From a virus (Duplodnaviria; Caudoviricetes): a stretch of DNA of 26,249 bases. Every line of letters starts with the position of its first letter. Position 1 is the stretch's first letter. The notes under the pieces were generated by a model. The model was not told the origin of the DNA, did not search any database, and worked only from the letters and a program-made list of their open reading frames with translations. This document shows positions 1 through 7,778 of the stretch, piece by piece. A program made the position numbers and the translations under genes. The DNA lies in the IMG/VR virus record IMGVR_UViG_3300020045_004425, positions 1 to 26,249 of that record; one strand, 5' to 3'.

Positions 1-891
1 TGTTTGAATAGTAAAACGATTTGAAGGAACGCTAGTCAATACATTTGCTAAATCATAAACTGATGGATTTAAAACCGTCAAATCTCCGCTTTCAGTACCA
101 TTTTGTGTTCTATATCTAAATATTAATAAACTTTGTAAACCAATACTCAAACGATTTGGATCGCGCCAATTATTAGCAAAATTTACTCCTAATTTCCCAA
201 TTGTTCCAGCTGTTTTGTCTAGGGATAAATTCGCACCATTAGCCGTGTATTTATTACCCGTTAAATTTAACGCACCAATAAATTCGTATAAGTCGTGAAG
301 TTGATTAGTTCCAGCGTTCGTAGGTGCTGAAATGTTGTTGACTAAATTTATAGTAGATAAGTTGGAATGGATAACCGCACCCAATGCAATTACATTACGT
401 CTTTGAACATTATCAAATGCAGCGGCTTGCATTAATACAACTGGCAATCCACCTGATAGCGTAATTGCTACATAAGTAATATTTGATGTGTTCAGATAAG
501 GAGATACAATGTCTGTAAATGCAGGAAACGATACAATTGTACTCGTTGGATTGTCTGGATTGTCAAAGTTTGTGATAATTCCAATGCCAGCCGTGATATT
601 AAATTTAGTCGGGTCTGCATTTGTCGTTACAAGTCCATTTTTTATCAATCCAGTAGATAAGAATGATTTCGTAGCATCGGCATTATCTACATAGATTTTT
701 TTAGCCCAAACAGACGATGTAGATTTTCCTTGTACGCCTGTTGCATCTTGAACAGTTATAAATGCCGCGTTATCGTCTAATTGACTTGCTGTGTTACGTA
801 TGCCATAGTCGAAATCCTGTTCTTGTCCAGTTGGTACTATTTGTCCATATCCCGCAATACTCAATAATAATAGAAATAGTATTTTTTTCAT
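1..891 (-). CDS. Tail-fibre/receptor-binding-like protein with N-terminal Sec signal peptide (3' truncated by window edge)
   Basis: Not in the ORF track. Hand translation from ATG at 891 is open to base 1 (297 codons): MKKILFLLLLSIAGYG|QIVPTGQEQDFDYGIRNT...KKIYVDNADATK...TNADPTKFNITAGIGIITNF...NRFTIQT. Rich in T/N/G/S beta-type sequence, with a KxYVD neck-like motif. Confidence 0.6.
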   Translation of the reverse strand, partial: MKKILFLLLLSIAGYGQIVPTGQEQDFDYGIRNTASQLDDNAAFITVQDATGVQGKSTSSVWAKKIYVDNADATKSFLSTGLIKNGLVTTNADPTKFNITAGIGIITNFDNPDNPTSTIVSFPAFTDIVSPYLNTSNITYVAITLSGGLPVVLMQAAAFDNVQRRNVIALGAVIHSNLSTINLVNNISAPTNAGTNQLHDLYEFIGALNLTGNKYTANGANLSLDKTAGTIGKLGVNFANNWRDPNRLSIGLQSLLIFRYRTQNGTESGDLTVLNPSVYDLANVLTSVPSNRFTIQT

Positions 892-908
892 TGTTTTATA
901 TTTTATGG

Positions 909-916
909 TAAAGATA
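909..916 (-). promoter_or_regulatory. Possible Bacteroidota -7 promoter element (TATCTTTA, one mismatch to TAnnTTTG)
   Basis: Lies 18 bp upstream of the ATG at 891, just past the terminator U-tract. Confidence 0.3.
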
Positions 917-917
917 T

Positions 918-949
918 AAAAAAAACCAAACAAATTAATGTTTGGTTTT
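918..949 (-). terminator. Rho-independent terminator
   Basis: AAAACCAAACA-TTAATT-TGTTTGGTTTT hairpin ending in an 8-T run on the minus strand, downstream of the 1001..3194 cassette. Confidence 0.8.
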
Positions 950-991
950 GATTTTTAGCACCTCGATTTTTTAATGTAAGACCTCGTTATG

Positions 992-999
992 CAAATGTA
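992..999 (-). promoter_or_regulatory. Bacteroidota -7 promoter element TACATTTG
   Basis: Perfect TAnnTTTG immediately after the stop codon at 1001, about 45 bp before the terminator stem. Confidence 0.4.
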
Positions 1000-1000
1000 G

Positions 1001-1234
1001 TTATAATTTTTCAATTTCTTGTTTTACTTCTTGCCAATAACCTTTGTCAATAGCGTCACCAGAATCTAAATCTAAAATAGAATCAACTCCTATCGTTGCG
1101 CATTGTTTTGCAACATTTTCAATTACATAAAATTTATTTTCTCCTTCTTTTTTCAATCCTTTATAATTTGATGCTTTTGCAATTATATCAAATTGTTTTC
1201 TGACCATTTCAGTTGCTTTTTCTTTTGCTGTCAT
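1001..1234 (-). CDS. Phage hypothetical protein (77 aa)
   Basis: MTAKEKA...YWQEVKQEIEKL; ATGA overlap with the upstream gene; pattern typical of small Bacteroidota phage proteins. Confidence 0.8.
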   Translation of the reverse strand: MTAKEKATEMVRKQFDIIAKASNYKGLKKEGENKFYVIENVAKQCATIGVDSILDLDSGDAIDKGYWQEVKQEIEKL

Positions 1235-1446
1235 ATCTTTTCTATTATTTCCTTAATTAAATTAAATTCACTTCTTAATACATTTGGATTGCCTAATAAA
1301 TACTCAATCCCATATCGTTTAGCCTGTAAATAATAATCGTACAAGGCAGGTACTCTATTTTTTAATAAGATATTCTTAGAGTAAATTGCTTTTGCTTTAA
1401 AAATATCCGTTTCTTTTATTGCTGTTTTAAAATCTTGTTCGGTCAT
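1231..1446 (-). CDS. Phage hypothetical protein (71 aa)
   Basis: Coupled start/stop with both neighbours. Confidence 0.75.
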   Translation of the reverse strand: MTEQDFKTAIKETDIFKAKAIYSKNILLKNRVPALYDYYLQAKRYGIEYLLGNPNVLRSEFNLIKEIIEKI

Positions 1447-1985
1447 TATACTATCTTTTTATTAAGTAATTTTTCAGCTTCTTGGATTGTGATTGTTTCG
1501 ATTATGGTTGCCCATTGGCCGCCTTTGAATACACACCATTTGCCACGACCTGTTGTGTATAATTTATTATTTTCAAGGTAAAAACAACTTCCAACTCTAG
1601 CTCCTTCGGTAAAAATACTTCCATTTTCAGAATCTTCTAATTCGTTAAAAGATATTTTATCTACAAACCCCCTATTCTTAGCCTCACAAATCAAAGCGGC
1701 TTCAACTTCTTGTGGGGTTGCTTCTACATCTTTTCCGGTTAGAGACATTTTAAAAGCACATTCATCTTTCCAAATTCCTTCATCAATTCCGTAGGCATAT
1801 CCTAATTCATTTTCTATTTTGGTTAAGAAAAATATGCTATTATATCCTTTATACCATTTCCCAACAATCAACTCCTTTTTAAAAGCGTCTGGGAATATCA
1901 TTTCTAAATCATCTTTCAATTCACTTAGACAATAACTTTTATGTAAATTGATTATTTGTTCTTTTGTGATCTTAAACTTTTTCAT
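1446..1985 (-). CDS. Phage hypothetical protein (179 aa)
   Basis: Coupled ORF with VGKWYK, ATPQEVEAAL..EAK.RGF and GQWATII motifs that I recall from Flavobacterium phage accessory proteins. Confidence 0.8.
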   Translation of the reverse strand: MKKFKITKEQIINLHKSYCLSELKDDLEMIFPDAFKKELIVGKWYKGYNSIFFLTKIENELGYAYGIDEGIWKDECAFKMSLTGKDVEATPQEVEAALICEAKNRGFVDKISFNELEDSENGSIFTEGARVGSCFYLENNKLYTTGRGKWCVFKGGQWATIIETITIQEAEKLLNKKIV

Positions 1986-2311
1986 AATTTCTCTTCTTTT
2001 TTTAATTCTTCAATTGTTCTTTGTTTTGCGTAATTGCGTTTAACATACCTTTGAATGATTTCTTTTAAACTCAAAGGTATTCTAATAGTCGTTGTTTCAA
2101 TTCCTTTTTTACGCCCTGAATTTGGACGTTTGCCTCCGTGTTTTATTTTTTCAAAATTCATCATTTTGTTATAATAATGCGTACAAATTGATTCACTGCT
2201 TCTTTTTATTTTTAACGAAGCATTATGAAAAGCATCTCTTAAATGCTCAGGACTTTTTTTTACTTCTTCTAAAATAATTTCCTCTTGTTCAAGTGTCCAT
2301 TTTGTTGCCAT
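1982..2311 (-). CDS. Putative DNA-binding protein (Myb/SANT-like N-terminus; basic GGKRPNSGRK plus RHH-like C-terminus)
   Basis: KWTLEQEEIIL...KRSSESICTHYY followed by HGGKRPNSGRKK..TTTIRIPLSLKEII. Confidence 0.6.
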   Translation of the reverse strand: MATKWTLEQEEIILEEVKKSPEHLRDAFHNASLKIKRSSESICTHYYNKMMNFEKIKHGGKRPNSGRKKGIETTTIRIPLSLKEIIQRYVKRNYAKQRTIEELKKEEKL

Positions 2312-2313
2312 AA

Positions 2314-2526
2314 TTATTTATTTACTAAATTAATATAGTTTTCTTTATGAAAAATTTCTAAAAGCTCTTCGAGTGTCTTATTGTTTGAATTCCAATAATC
2401 GTCTGTTCTTTTATTATAAACACCGTTATAGCATATATAATTTACATCAATCCATTTAGCGAATTCTATCGCTCTTTTATCGGCTCTATTTGATATTTCT
2501 ATTAATTCTTTTGCGTTTATTAACAT
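2314..2526 (-). CDS. Phage hypothetical protein (70 aa)
   Basis: Tightly packed ORF with an AIEFAKW...TLEELLEIF motif. Confidence 0.75.
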   Translation of the reverse strand: MLINAKELIEISNRADKRAIEFAKWIDVNYICYNGVYNKRTDDYWNSNNKTLEELLEIFHKENYINLVNK

Positions 2527-2528
2527 AG

Positions 2529-2840
2529 CTATTTCTTTTTAAGTTGTAATTCTATTTCATTTTTATTTCTTTGTTCAATAATTTTTTCCGCATTAATCCA
2601 AGCTAAGGGTTGTTTTTCTAAATACCATTCATCTTTTCCAAATTCATCTTTCCATTTTTTTAAAGAAACTAACTCATATAATGCGTGATATTCTTCGTTA
2701 AATCTATTGATAAAGACAAAATCTTTTTGCTCCTGCCCATATCTTTCAATAAGCAATATGGCTTGTAATCCATTATTACATCTCAAACAGTTTTTTATCT
2801 GTTCTAATAATTCTTTTTCTCTGCTATCTTGTTTTTCCAT
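2529..2840 (-). CDS. Phage hypothetical protein (103 aa)
   Basis: Tightly packed ORF in the cassette. Confidence 0.75.
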   Translation of the reverse strand: MEKQDSREKELLEQIKNCLRCNNGLQAILLIERYGQEQKDFVFINRFNEEYHALYELVSLKKWKDEFGKDEWYLEKQPLAWINAEKIIEQRNKNEIELQLKKK

Positions 2841-2986
2841 TCTAAAACTATTTTTTTTCTTTCTTCTTTTGAAATTGTATTCATAGCTGGCAAGTCACTA
2901 TTACTTTTATAAATACTGAACTCCATATTTTGAAGTTCAGTAAGTTCTATGCCGTAACAATCTATTTTTTTAATTTTCCCATTCAT
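2804..2986 (-). CDS. Phage hypothetical protein (60 aa)
   Basis: Fills the gap between neighbours with short overlaps on each side. Confidence 0.55.
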   Translation of the reverse strand: MNGKIKKIDCYGIELTELQNMEFSIYKSNSDLPAMNTISKEERKKIVLEWKNKIAEKKNY

Positions 2987-3194
2987 AAGATAAATTATGT
3001 AAAGTAATTATTTTATTTTTTATGCTAAATGAAGCGTTTGTAAAATGAGACTCAAATTTATCCATATCACTAAATGATATGTTTTCAAAGCCATGAAAAC
3101 CAACTCCACATTCATCAAGTAATTTAGAAAATTCTTTTTTTGAAATTTCTTTACTTGAGACTTCTTTTAGTTTTTTAAAGTTAATTACTGCCAT
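2970..3194 (-). CDS. Phage hypothetical protein (74 aa), first gene of the cassette
   Basis: ATG 36 bp downstream of a consensus promoter, with an A-rich leader. Confidence 0.75.
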   Translation of the reverse strand: MAVINFKKLKEVSSKEISKKEFSKLLDECGVGFHGFENISFSDMDKFESHFTNASFSIKNKIITLHNLSYEWEN

Positions 3195-3229
3195 AATTTC
3201 TATTTTTTAGGGTTGTTGTTATCTGAGTA

Positions 3230-3259
3230 CAAATATAAGAATACATTTGATATATGCAA
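3230..3259 (-). promoter_or_regulatory. Bacteroidota primary-sigma promoter (TTG-N19-TATATTTG)
   Basis: -7 element TATATTTG at 3237..3230 and -33 TTG at 3259..3257, with a 19-nt spacer. Confidence 0.75.
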
Positions 3260-3283
3260 CACATTTCAAAGATTATTTTTGTA

Positions 3284-3302
3284 ATTTATATTCATTCTAT
3301 AT
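3284..3302. promoter_or_regulatory. 19-bp imperfect palindrome, Fur-box-like operator (copy 1)
   Basis: ATTTATATTCATTCTATAT; 15/19 match to ATTTAGAATTATTCTAAAT; same offset to its promoter as the copy at 18500. Confidence 0.55.
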
Positions 3303-3307
3303 TAAAC

Positions 3308-3338
3308 AAAAAAAACACCCTAAATTTAAGAGTGTTTT
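3308..3338 (-). terminator. Rho-independent terminator
   Basis: Minus strand AAAACACTCT-TAAATTT-AGGGTGTTTTTTTT, after the 3360..3884 gene. Confidence 0.8.
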
Positions 3339-3359
3339 GTTATTTGTATTGATTATAAA

Positions 3360-3884
3360 CTAAGTTTGAATAAATTCGATATATAAATAATTATTTAATA
3401 CGGGACTTTTTGTGATTGATAAAATATTGTCAACTTGTGACCATCTATTTAATCTTGCTGCATTTGTTAACGTTGTTTTTACTTGCTTTCCATCATTTAT
3501 ACATACATCTATTACAACCGCTCCTAATGGCAATGTGTAATCTTGTTGACCGACTGCAAAACCTGACGTTACCCCTGTAATTCCATCCATAATAACAGGC
3601 GAAGCTGTAACTAAAATATTTTTTCCTTTAACAAAATCATCCTGTAAATCATCTTCTTGCGTTAAATCGGATTGTACATTTATTTCCGCGCCCGTTTCAA
3701 TTCCTGATAATTTTATAGCCGCTGCATTATCAAAATCATTTGTACTTAATCCTTTTCCCGCTTCCTGAAAAACTACATTACCGTATAATTCTGTAAACAT
3801 TATATTTACATAGTCAAAAGCCGTTCTTAACGGATCGCCATTTCCATCGTTAGGAGTCGAAATATTAATTGGTATCCTTGCCAT
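3360..3884 (-). CDS. Virion baseplate/fibre-attachment protein (T4 gp9/gp10-like N-terminus)
   Basis: INISTPNDGNGDPLRTAFDYVN motif plus GKGLSTNDF...KLSGIETGAEINVQSD fibre-type motif. Confidence 0.65.
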   Translation of the reverse strand: MARIPINISTPNDGNGDPLRTAFDYVNIMFTELYGNVVFQEAGKGLSTNDFDNAAAIKLSGIETGAEINVQSDLTQEDDLQDDFVKGKNILVTASPVIMDGITGVTSGFAVGQQDYTLPLGAVVIDVCINDGKQVKTTLTNAARLNRWSQVDNILSITKSPVLNNYLYIEFIQT

Positions 3885-3886
3885 AA

Positions 3887-4366
3887 TTAAATTTTTATCC
3901 AGTTAAAATTTGACTTTGGTTTAATTGAAGATGGAGACGTCCATTCTGGAATCGTCAAAGAATCTAAATAAGTTATCAACGATATTTCCAAACCAACTGC
4001 CAATTTTTCATATTTATCGGCCATTTTATTAGTTTTGTCATCGAAAATCTGTTCTGTTTTTTCTGGCGTAACTAAATAAACCCCATTTTGTGAAACTTTT
4101 GGAACTCCTAATTGTAGGTAAAATGAGCATGTAAAATAAGCTAAAATAATTGAAACGTAATTATTATAAATAGCCAAATAATCTCCTTCCAAAGCTTCGT
4201 TTTCGTAGTCTGTAACTATCTTATTGTATAGTTCAACTCCTAAAATTCGCTTTATTTCGCTGTTTTGAGCCATAAAAATGAATGGATTTATAGAATCATT
4301 GTCTATATTTCCATCAAAACCGCTTAATCTTGTAACGTCGTCTATTGATATGAGTAGTTTATCCAT
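3887..4366 (-). CDS. Putative head-tail connector/adaptor
   Basis: Directly after the portal; GNIDND.I.PFIFMAQ..EIKRILG.ELY.KI pattern of Bacteroidota phage adaptors (DUF6712-like). Confidence 0.6.
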   Translation of the reverse strand: MDKLLISIDDVTRLSGFDGNIDNDSINPFIFMAQNSEIKRILGVELYNKIVTDYENEALEGDYLAIYNNYVSIILAYFTCSFYLQLGVPKVSQNGVYLVTPEKTEQIFDDKTNKMADKYEKLAVGLEISLITYLDSLTIPEWTSPSSIKPKSNFNWIKI

Positions 4367-5648
4367 TTGTCGGATCTGTTTTTTCTGGGTTTCCTAATAA
4401 TCTTATCGCTTGTTCTCGGTTAAATCCAAAAATCAAATCTAAAATTGCTATTGCGCTTTCGTACGTGGTTGTTCCTGCTGCGTAAGACGCTTGAACTTCT
4501 AATAATGACTGAACGCCTCCGACACTTCCTTTTAATTGAGATTGTGCGCTTGCCGTTGTATCGTCAATAACTTCTACATTTTCAATTATATTTTCTTGTC
4601 CAAAGTTACTGAAATCAATATCGCATAACGGATTTATTTTCTTGAAAACCTGATTTAATCCGTCAAGTATAATATCACGCATTGGATTTATTACCCCTAA
4701 ATATAATGAATCTGTTGCGGTTGCAATTTCATCTGCGTTGTTTGAAAATCCACTCGATCCCGGTCTTTGAAATAAAATATTCATTGCTGAATGAGCCGCC
4801 ATTAATTTGATTTCTGCTGTTTCGTCATACGTTACAAACTGTTCATTTCTTGAGCGAGGTTCAATAGTGTCGACTATGATTGAATCTTCGGCGCTATCAT
4901 TTACCGACATAATTACCCCATCACTATTTTCTGTGCCGGTATAGCTTTTTTTAATTTCGTCTTTTATAACGGTTTTTTCGTCATCTGTCATCATTGAGCC
5001 ACCGTTAATATTTATAACGGTTTTACCTTGAAAACCTCGCAACACGTGGTTAACTGCATCGTCAATTAATGCGCTTTCAATCTTTGCACTTTTCAAACCG
5101 CTAAACCAATCAGGATAAGGAAAATAAGGCTCTGAACTTAATTGCTTAATATGTAAGATTTCAAAAGTTTCTCCATTACCAAACATCGGAATAAATTTTG
5201 GCGGGAATTGATATTTTTTTGTATAATCCCAACAATGCCAAAAGCCGTCAACTTCCATATAGTTGTTTGATTTTGGATTTATATTTATATTCAAACCTAC
5301 CCTAACCGTTGGGGTATGTTTAATTTTTACAATTTGCTTTTGAAAGTTTATAACTTGTGGAAATGCTGAACCGTGTAATTTAAAGTCGTGACAAATTAAA
5401 CGTAAGTCTGCTTTTGAAATATAAGCGTGTGGATCAATGATATTATTTTTATCAATTAACCCGTTTCCAATGATATAATTTACAATTGTTTTGATTATAA
5501 ATGCGTTAGTTGGGCTATCGTCAAAAGCGTCTTGATACTTTTTGAAGTTGCTATTATTAACACCGTTAAGCGTATATTGTGTGCCAACTGCTGGCACTGT
5601 TATTCCAGTTTCATAAGCCGAAAACTCAAAGACTTCTACTTTTTTCAT
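4359..5648 (-). CDS. Portal protein
   Basis: 429 aa; NG.NN...Y..AFDDSPTN.FII...NYIIGNG, YFPYPDW, IKKSYTGTENS, LMAAH and SGFSNNADEI motifs. Confidence 0.85.
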   Translation of the reverse strand: MKKVEVFEFSAYETGITVPAVGTQYTLNGVNNSNFKKYQDAFDDSPTNAFIIKTIVNYIIGNGLIDKNNIIDPHAYISKADLRLICHDFKLHGSAFPQVINFQKQIVKIKHTPTVRVGLNININPKSNNYMEVDGFWHCWDYTKKYQFPPKFIPMFGNGETFEILHIKQLSSEPYFPYPDWFSGLKSAKIESALIDDAVNHVLRGFQGKTVININGGSMMTDDEKTVIKDEIKKSYTGTENSDGVIMSVNDSAEDSIIVDTIEPRSRNEQFVTYDETAEIKLMAAHSAMNILFQRPGSSGFSNNADEIATATDSLYLGVINPMRDIILDGLNQVFKKINPLCDIDFSNFGQENIIENVEVIDDTTASAQSQLKGSVGGVQSLLEVQASYAAGTTTYESAIAILDLIFGFNREQAIRLLGNPEKTDPTNG

Positions 5649-5965
5649 TTATAAAATTTGTTTACGGTTTTTTTAGAATAATCTTGTACGTTTTCGTTTT
5701 CACTTACAATCATTAATTTACCCAAAGATACAATTTCTAATCCATTTAATAAAGTATATGAAAATTTATCATTTGCTTTTCCAGTTGGAAATGTTGCTAA
5801 AGTAATATTATAATTTTCATTTGGTAAAATTGAAACGGTACATAAAATAGTTTGTGTTTTTTGGTTTAATTCATTTATCAATTTAATTGATAATTCAGAA
5901 ACCGATAATTCATATCTAGGTATAAATTTAAATGTTGGCGAAGTGTTTAATTTAAGAATATCCAT
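5645..5965 (-). CDS. Phage structural/hypothetical protein (106 aa)
   Basis: Beta-rich ORF coupled to the portal start; FKFIPR motif. Confidence 0.7.
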   Translation of the reverse strand: MDILKLNTSPTFKFIPRYELSVSELSIKLINELNQKTQTILCTVSILPNENYNITLATFPTGKANDKFSYTLLNGLEIVSLGKLMIVSENENVQDYSKKTVNKFYK

Positions 5966-5975
5966 ATATATTTTT

Positions 5976-6006
5976 AAAAAACAAGCCCACCCAATCCGGG
6001 CGGGCT
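5976..6006 (-). terminator. Rho-independent terminator after the capsid/tail-tube genes
   Basis: AGCCCGCCC-GGATT-GGGTGGGCT-TGTTTTTT on the minus strand. Confidence 0.85.
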
Positions 6007-6031
6007 ATATTAATTTACTAACTCAAAATTT

Positions 6032-6556
6032 TTACACTATTGGCATCAATGCGGCTGTGTAGTCTGCAACTGCTGTTGAAGTTAACATATACATTGGTTC
6101 TGCTTCTTTTGAATTTATAGTCACTGAAAACCCCTGCGAGTCAGTCCCATTTGCCAATGTCATTACGTCGCATCCATTTTTTGCTCCTTGCACATAAATT
6201 TTACCGTTATAATCTTCAATGAAGATAGTTTGTAAAATTCCCGCATAACCTTGTATTTGATTTCTCAATTCAATATCAATACCCGGAATGAAAAAAGTAT
6301 TTACTGCAACGTATTCATTTGTTCTAGTAGCTTCATCAAAAGTTCCAGTGTCAACAATATTGTTTCCCGTAGCCTTTACCTCAACTCTTGCAATAGTTCC
6401 AGTAGGTACAACTGGCGCGATTGTTTCTGGTAAATCTACAACACCGGTAACGGTGTTAATTACTGGATCACTCGCTAAAAACGGAGCGAACCCAATAGCC
6501 TTAACCCCTTTCATAGGGGCTAATCGGCTTATTATTCTGGATTTCGTAAGTCCCAT
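6032..6556 (-). CDS. Putative major tail (tube) protein
   Basis: Follows the capsid gene and precedes a terminator; GVKAI, IFIEDYNGKIYVQGAKNG and GFSVTINSKE motifs typical of Bacteroidota phage tube proteins. Confidence 0.6.
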   Translation of the reverse strand: MGLTKSRIISRLAPMKGVKAIGFAPFLASDPVINTVTGVVDLPETIAPVVPTGTIARVEVKATGNNIVDTGTFDEATRTNEYVAVNTFFIPGIDIELRNQIQGYAGILQTIFIEDYNGKIYVQGAKNGCDVMTLANGTDSQGFSVTINSKEAEPMYMLTSTAVADYTAALMPIV

Positions 6557-6559
6557 AGT

Positions 6560-7597
6560 TTATCCGTTATAAAGAACGTTCCATTTTTGTTTCACTACCC
6601 AAGTTGTCATTGAGTTAATTAATTTCAATATTCTTCGAGTTGAAGCGTTGGCCTCTTTTTCGATAATCAACTGAGAACTATCTGACAATAAATCCAAAAC
6701 TAATTTAAGATTCATTTTTTGTGCTGCAATTCTAAAACCTACCAAGTCGACAAAGATAATTCTAACGTCATTGAAAGACATATCATTGAAAGAGTTTCCG
6801 ACAAAGTTTTCTTGTAACGCTGCTCCTTGAACACGGTTAGCGGCTTTGATTAGTTTATAATCGCCTTTTGGTGCAAAAATAACCGGCGCATCGTCTCCAG
6901 TCATTACTAATACATTGTCAGGGATTGTATTGTAAATTTTCACATATTCTGCAACAATACTTGCAGTTGTAACCGCTGCCGGAACGGCTGTTGTTTTTAA
7001 ATAATCTCCCAATCCTGCGCCCGGTACGGCTTTTGATTGTGAATCATTGTACAACATTGTTGCTGGAACAGAATCAAATAATGTCACTGGCATTGCGGCA
7101 ACTAAAGCTTGTGCGCCTGCTGTGATTGAACCTTGTCCCGCACCCGGTACTAATGCTGCTATAGCTGCTTTTGTAGCGGCTGTTGCTCCATCCCAAACCC
7201 AGCTTTCCAATTTTGCCCCAACTGCTGGCTGTACTTGAATTAAGACTTTTTGGTCGAATTCATCAGATACTACATTGTACGCGCCTGCTTTCATTGATTT
7301 TTCAAAACGTGTTCCTTTTAAAGAACTTTCATCTATAATTCCTTCAACGTTAAACGTTTTAAGATTTACAATTGATTTTTGCGCTTTCAAGTTTACGTTG
7401 TCGACTGTAACCGCTCCATAATTTGCAGCCGTGAAAGTGATTTCTGCTGAACTTTCGTAAATATCTAATCCTGATTTATGACCTTCGACAAGTTCGATTG
7501 TCTCACCTCTAAATGTTGGGGAATCTGCGTAGATTTCCTGTACGATTTCCGCGTACTCGCCGGCTTCTGTTTTAACGCCTGTATAAGTTACTGCCAT
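6560..7597 (-). CDS. Major capsid protein
   Basis: 345 aa, downstream of protease/scaffold; MAVTYTG start, ESWVWDG motif, ends VLYNG. Confidence 0.7.
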   Translation of the reverse strand: MAVTYTGVKTEAGEYAEIVQEIYADSPTFRGETIELVEGHKSGLDIYESSAEITFTAANYGAVTVDNVNLKAQKSIVNLKTFNVEGIIDESSLKGTRFEKSMKAGAYNVVSDEFDQKVLIQVQPAVGAKLESWVWDGATAATKAAIAALVPGAGQGSITAGAQALVAAMPVTLFDSVPATMLYNDSQSKAVPGAGLGDYLKTTAVPAAVTTASIVAEYVKIYNTIPDNVLVMTGDDAPVIFAPKGDYKLIKAANRVQGAALQENFVGNSFNDMSFNDVRIIFVDLVGFRIAAQKMNLKLVLDLLSDSSQLIIEKEANASTRRILKLINSMTTWVVKQKWNVLYNG

Positions 7598-7598
7598 T

Positions 7599-7775
7599 TT
7601 ATTTTGATTTAATGATTTCTAATTCTTTTTCTAAAAATTCTATTTGGTCTTTTTCTAATTTTCCTTTACAGTATTCCGATACTGTCTTTTTTCCTAATGC
7701 TTTTTGAAACTCAATATAAGTAACGCCTGCATCAAATGGGTTTAAGAATTTTACTTCTTTTTTTTCTTCTTCCAT
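7599..7775 (-). CDS. Small protein (58 aa) between scaffold and capsid genes
   Basis: Below the track cut-off; hand translation MEEEKKEVKFLNPFDAGVTYIEFQKALGKKTVSEYCKGKLEKDQIEFLEKELEIIKSK; exactly fills the gap. Confidence 0.75.
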   Translation of the reverse strand: MEEEKKEVKFLNPFDAGVTYIEFQKALGKKTVSEYCKGKLEKDQIEFLEKELEIIKSK

Positions 7776-7778
7776 AAT

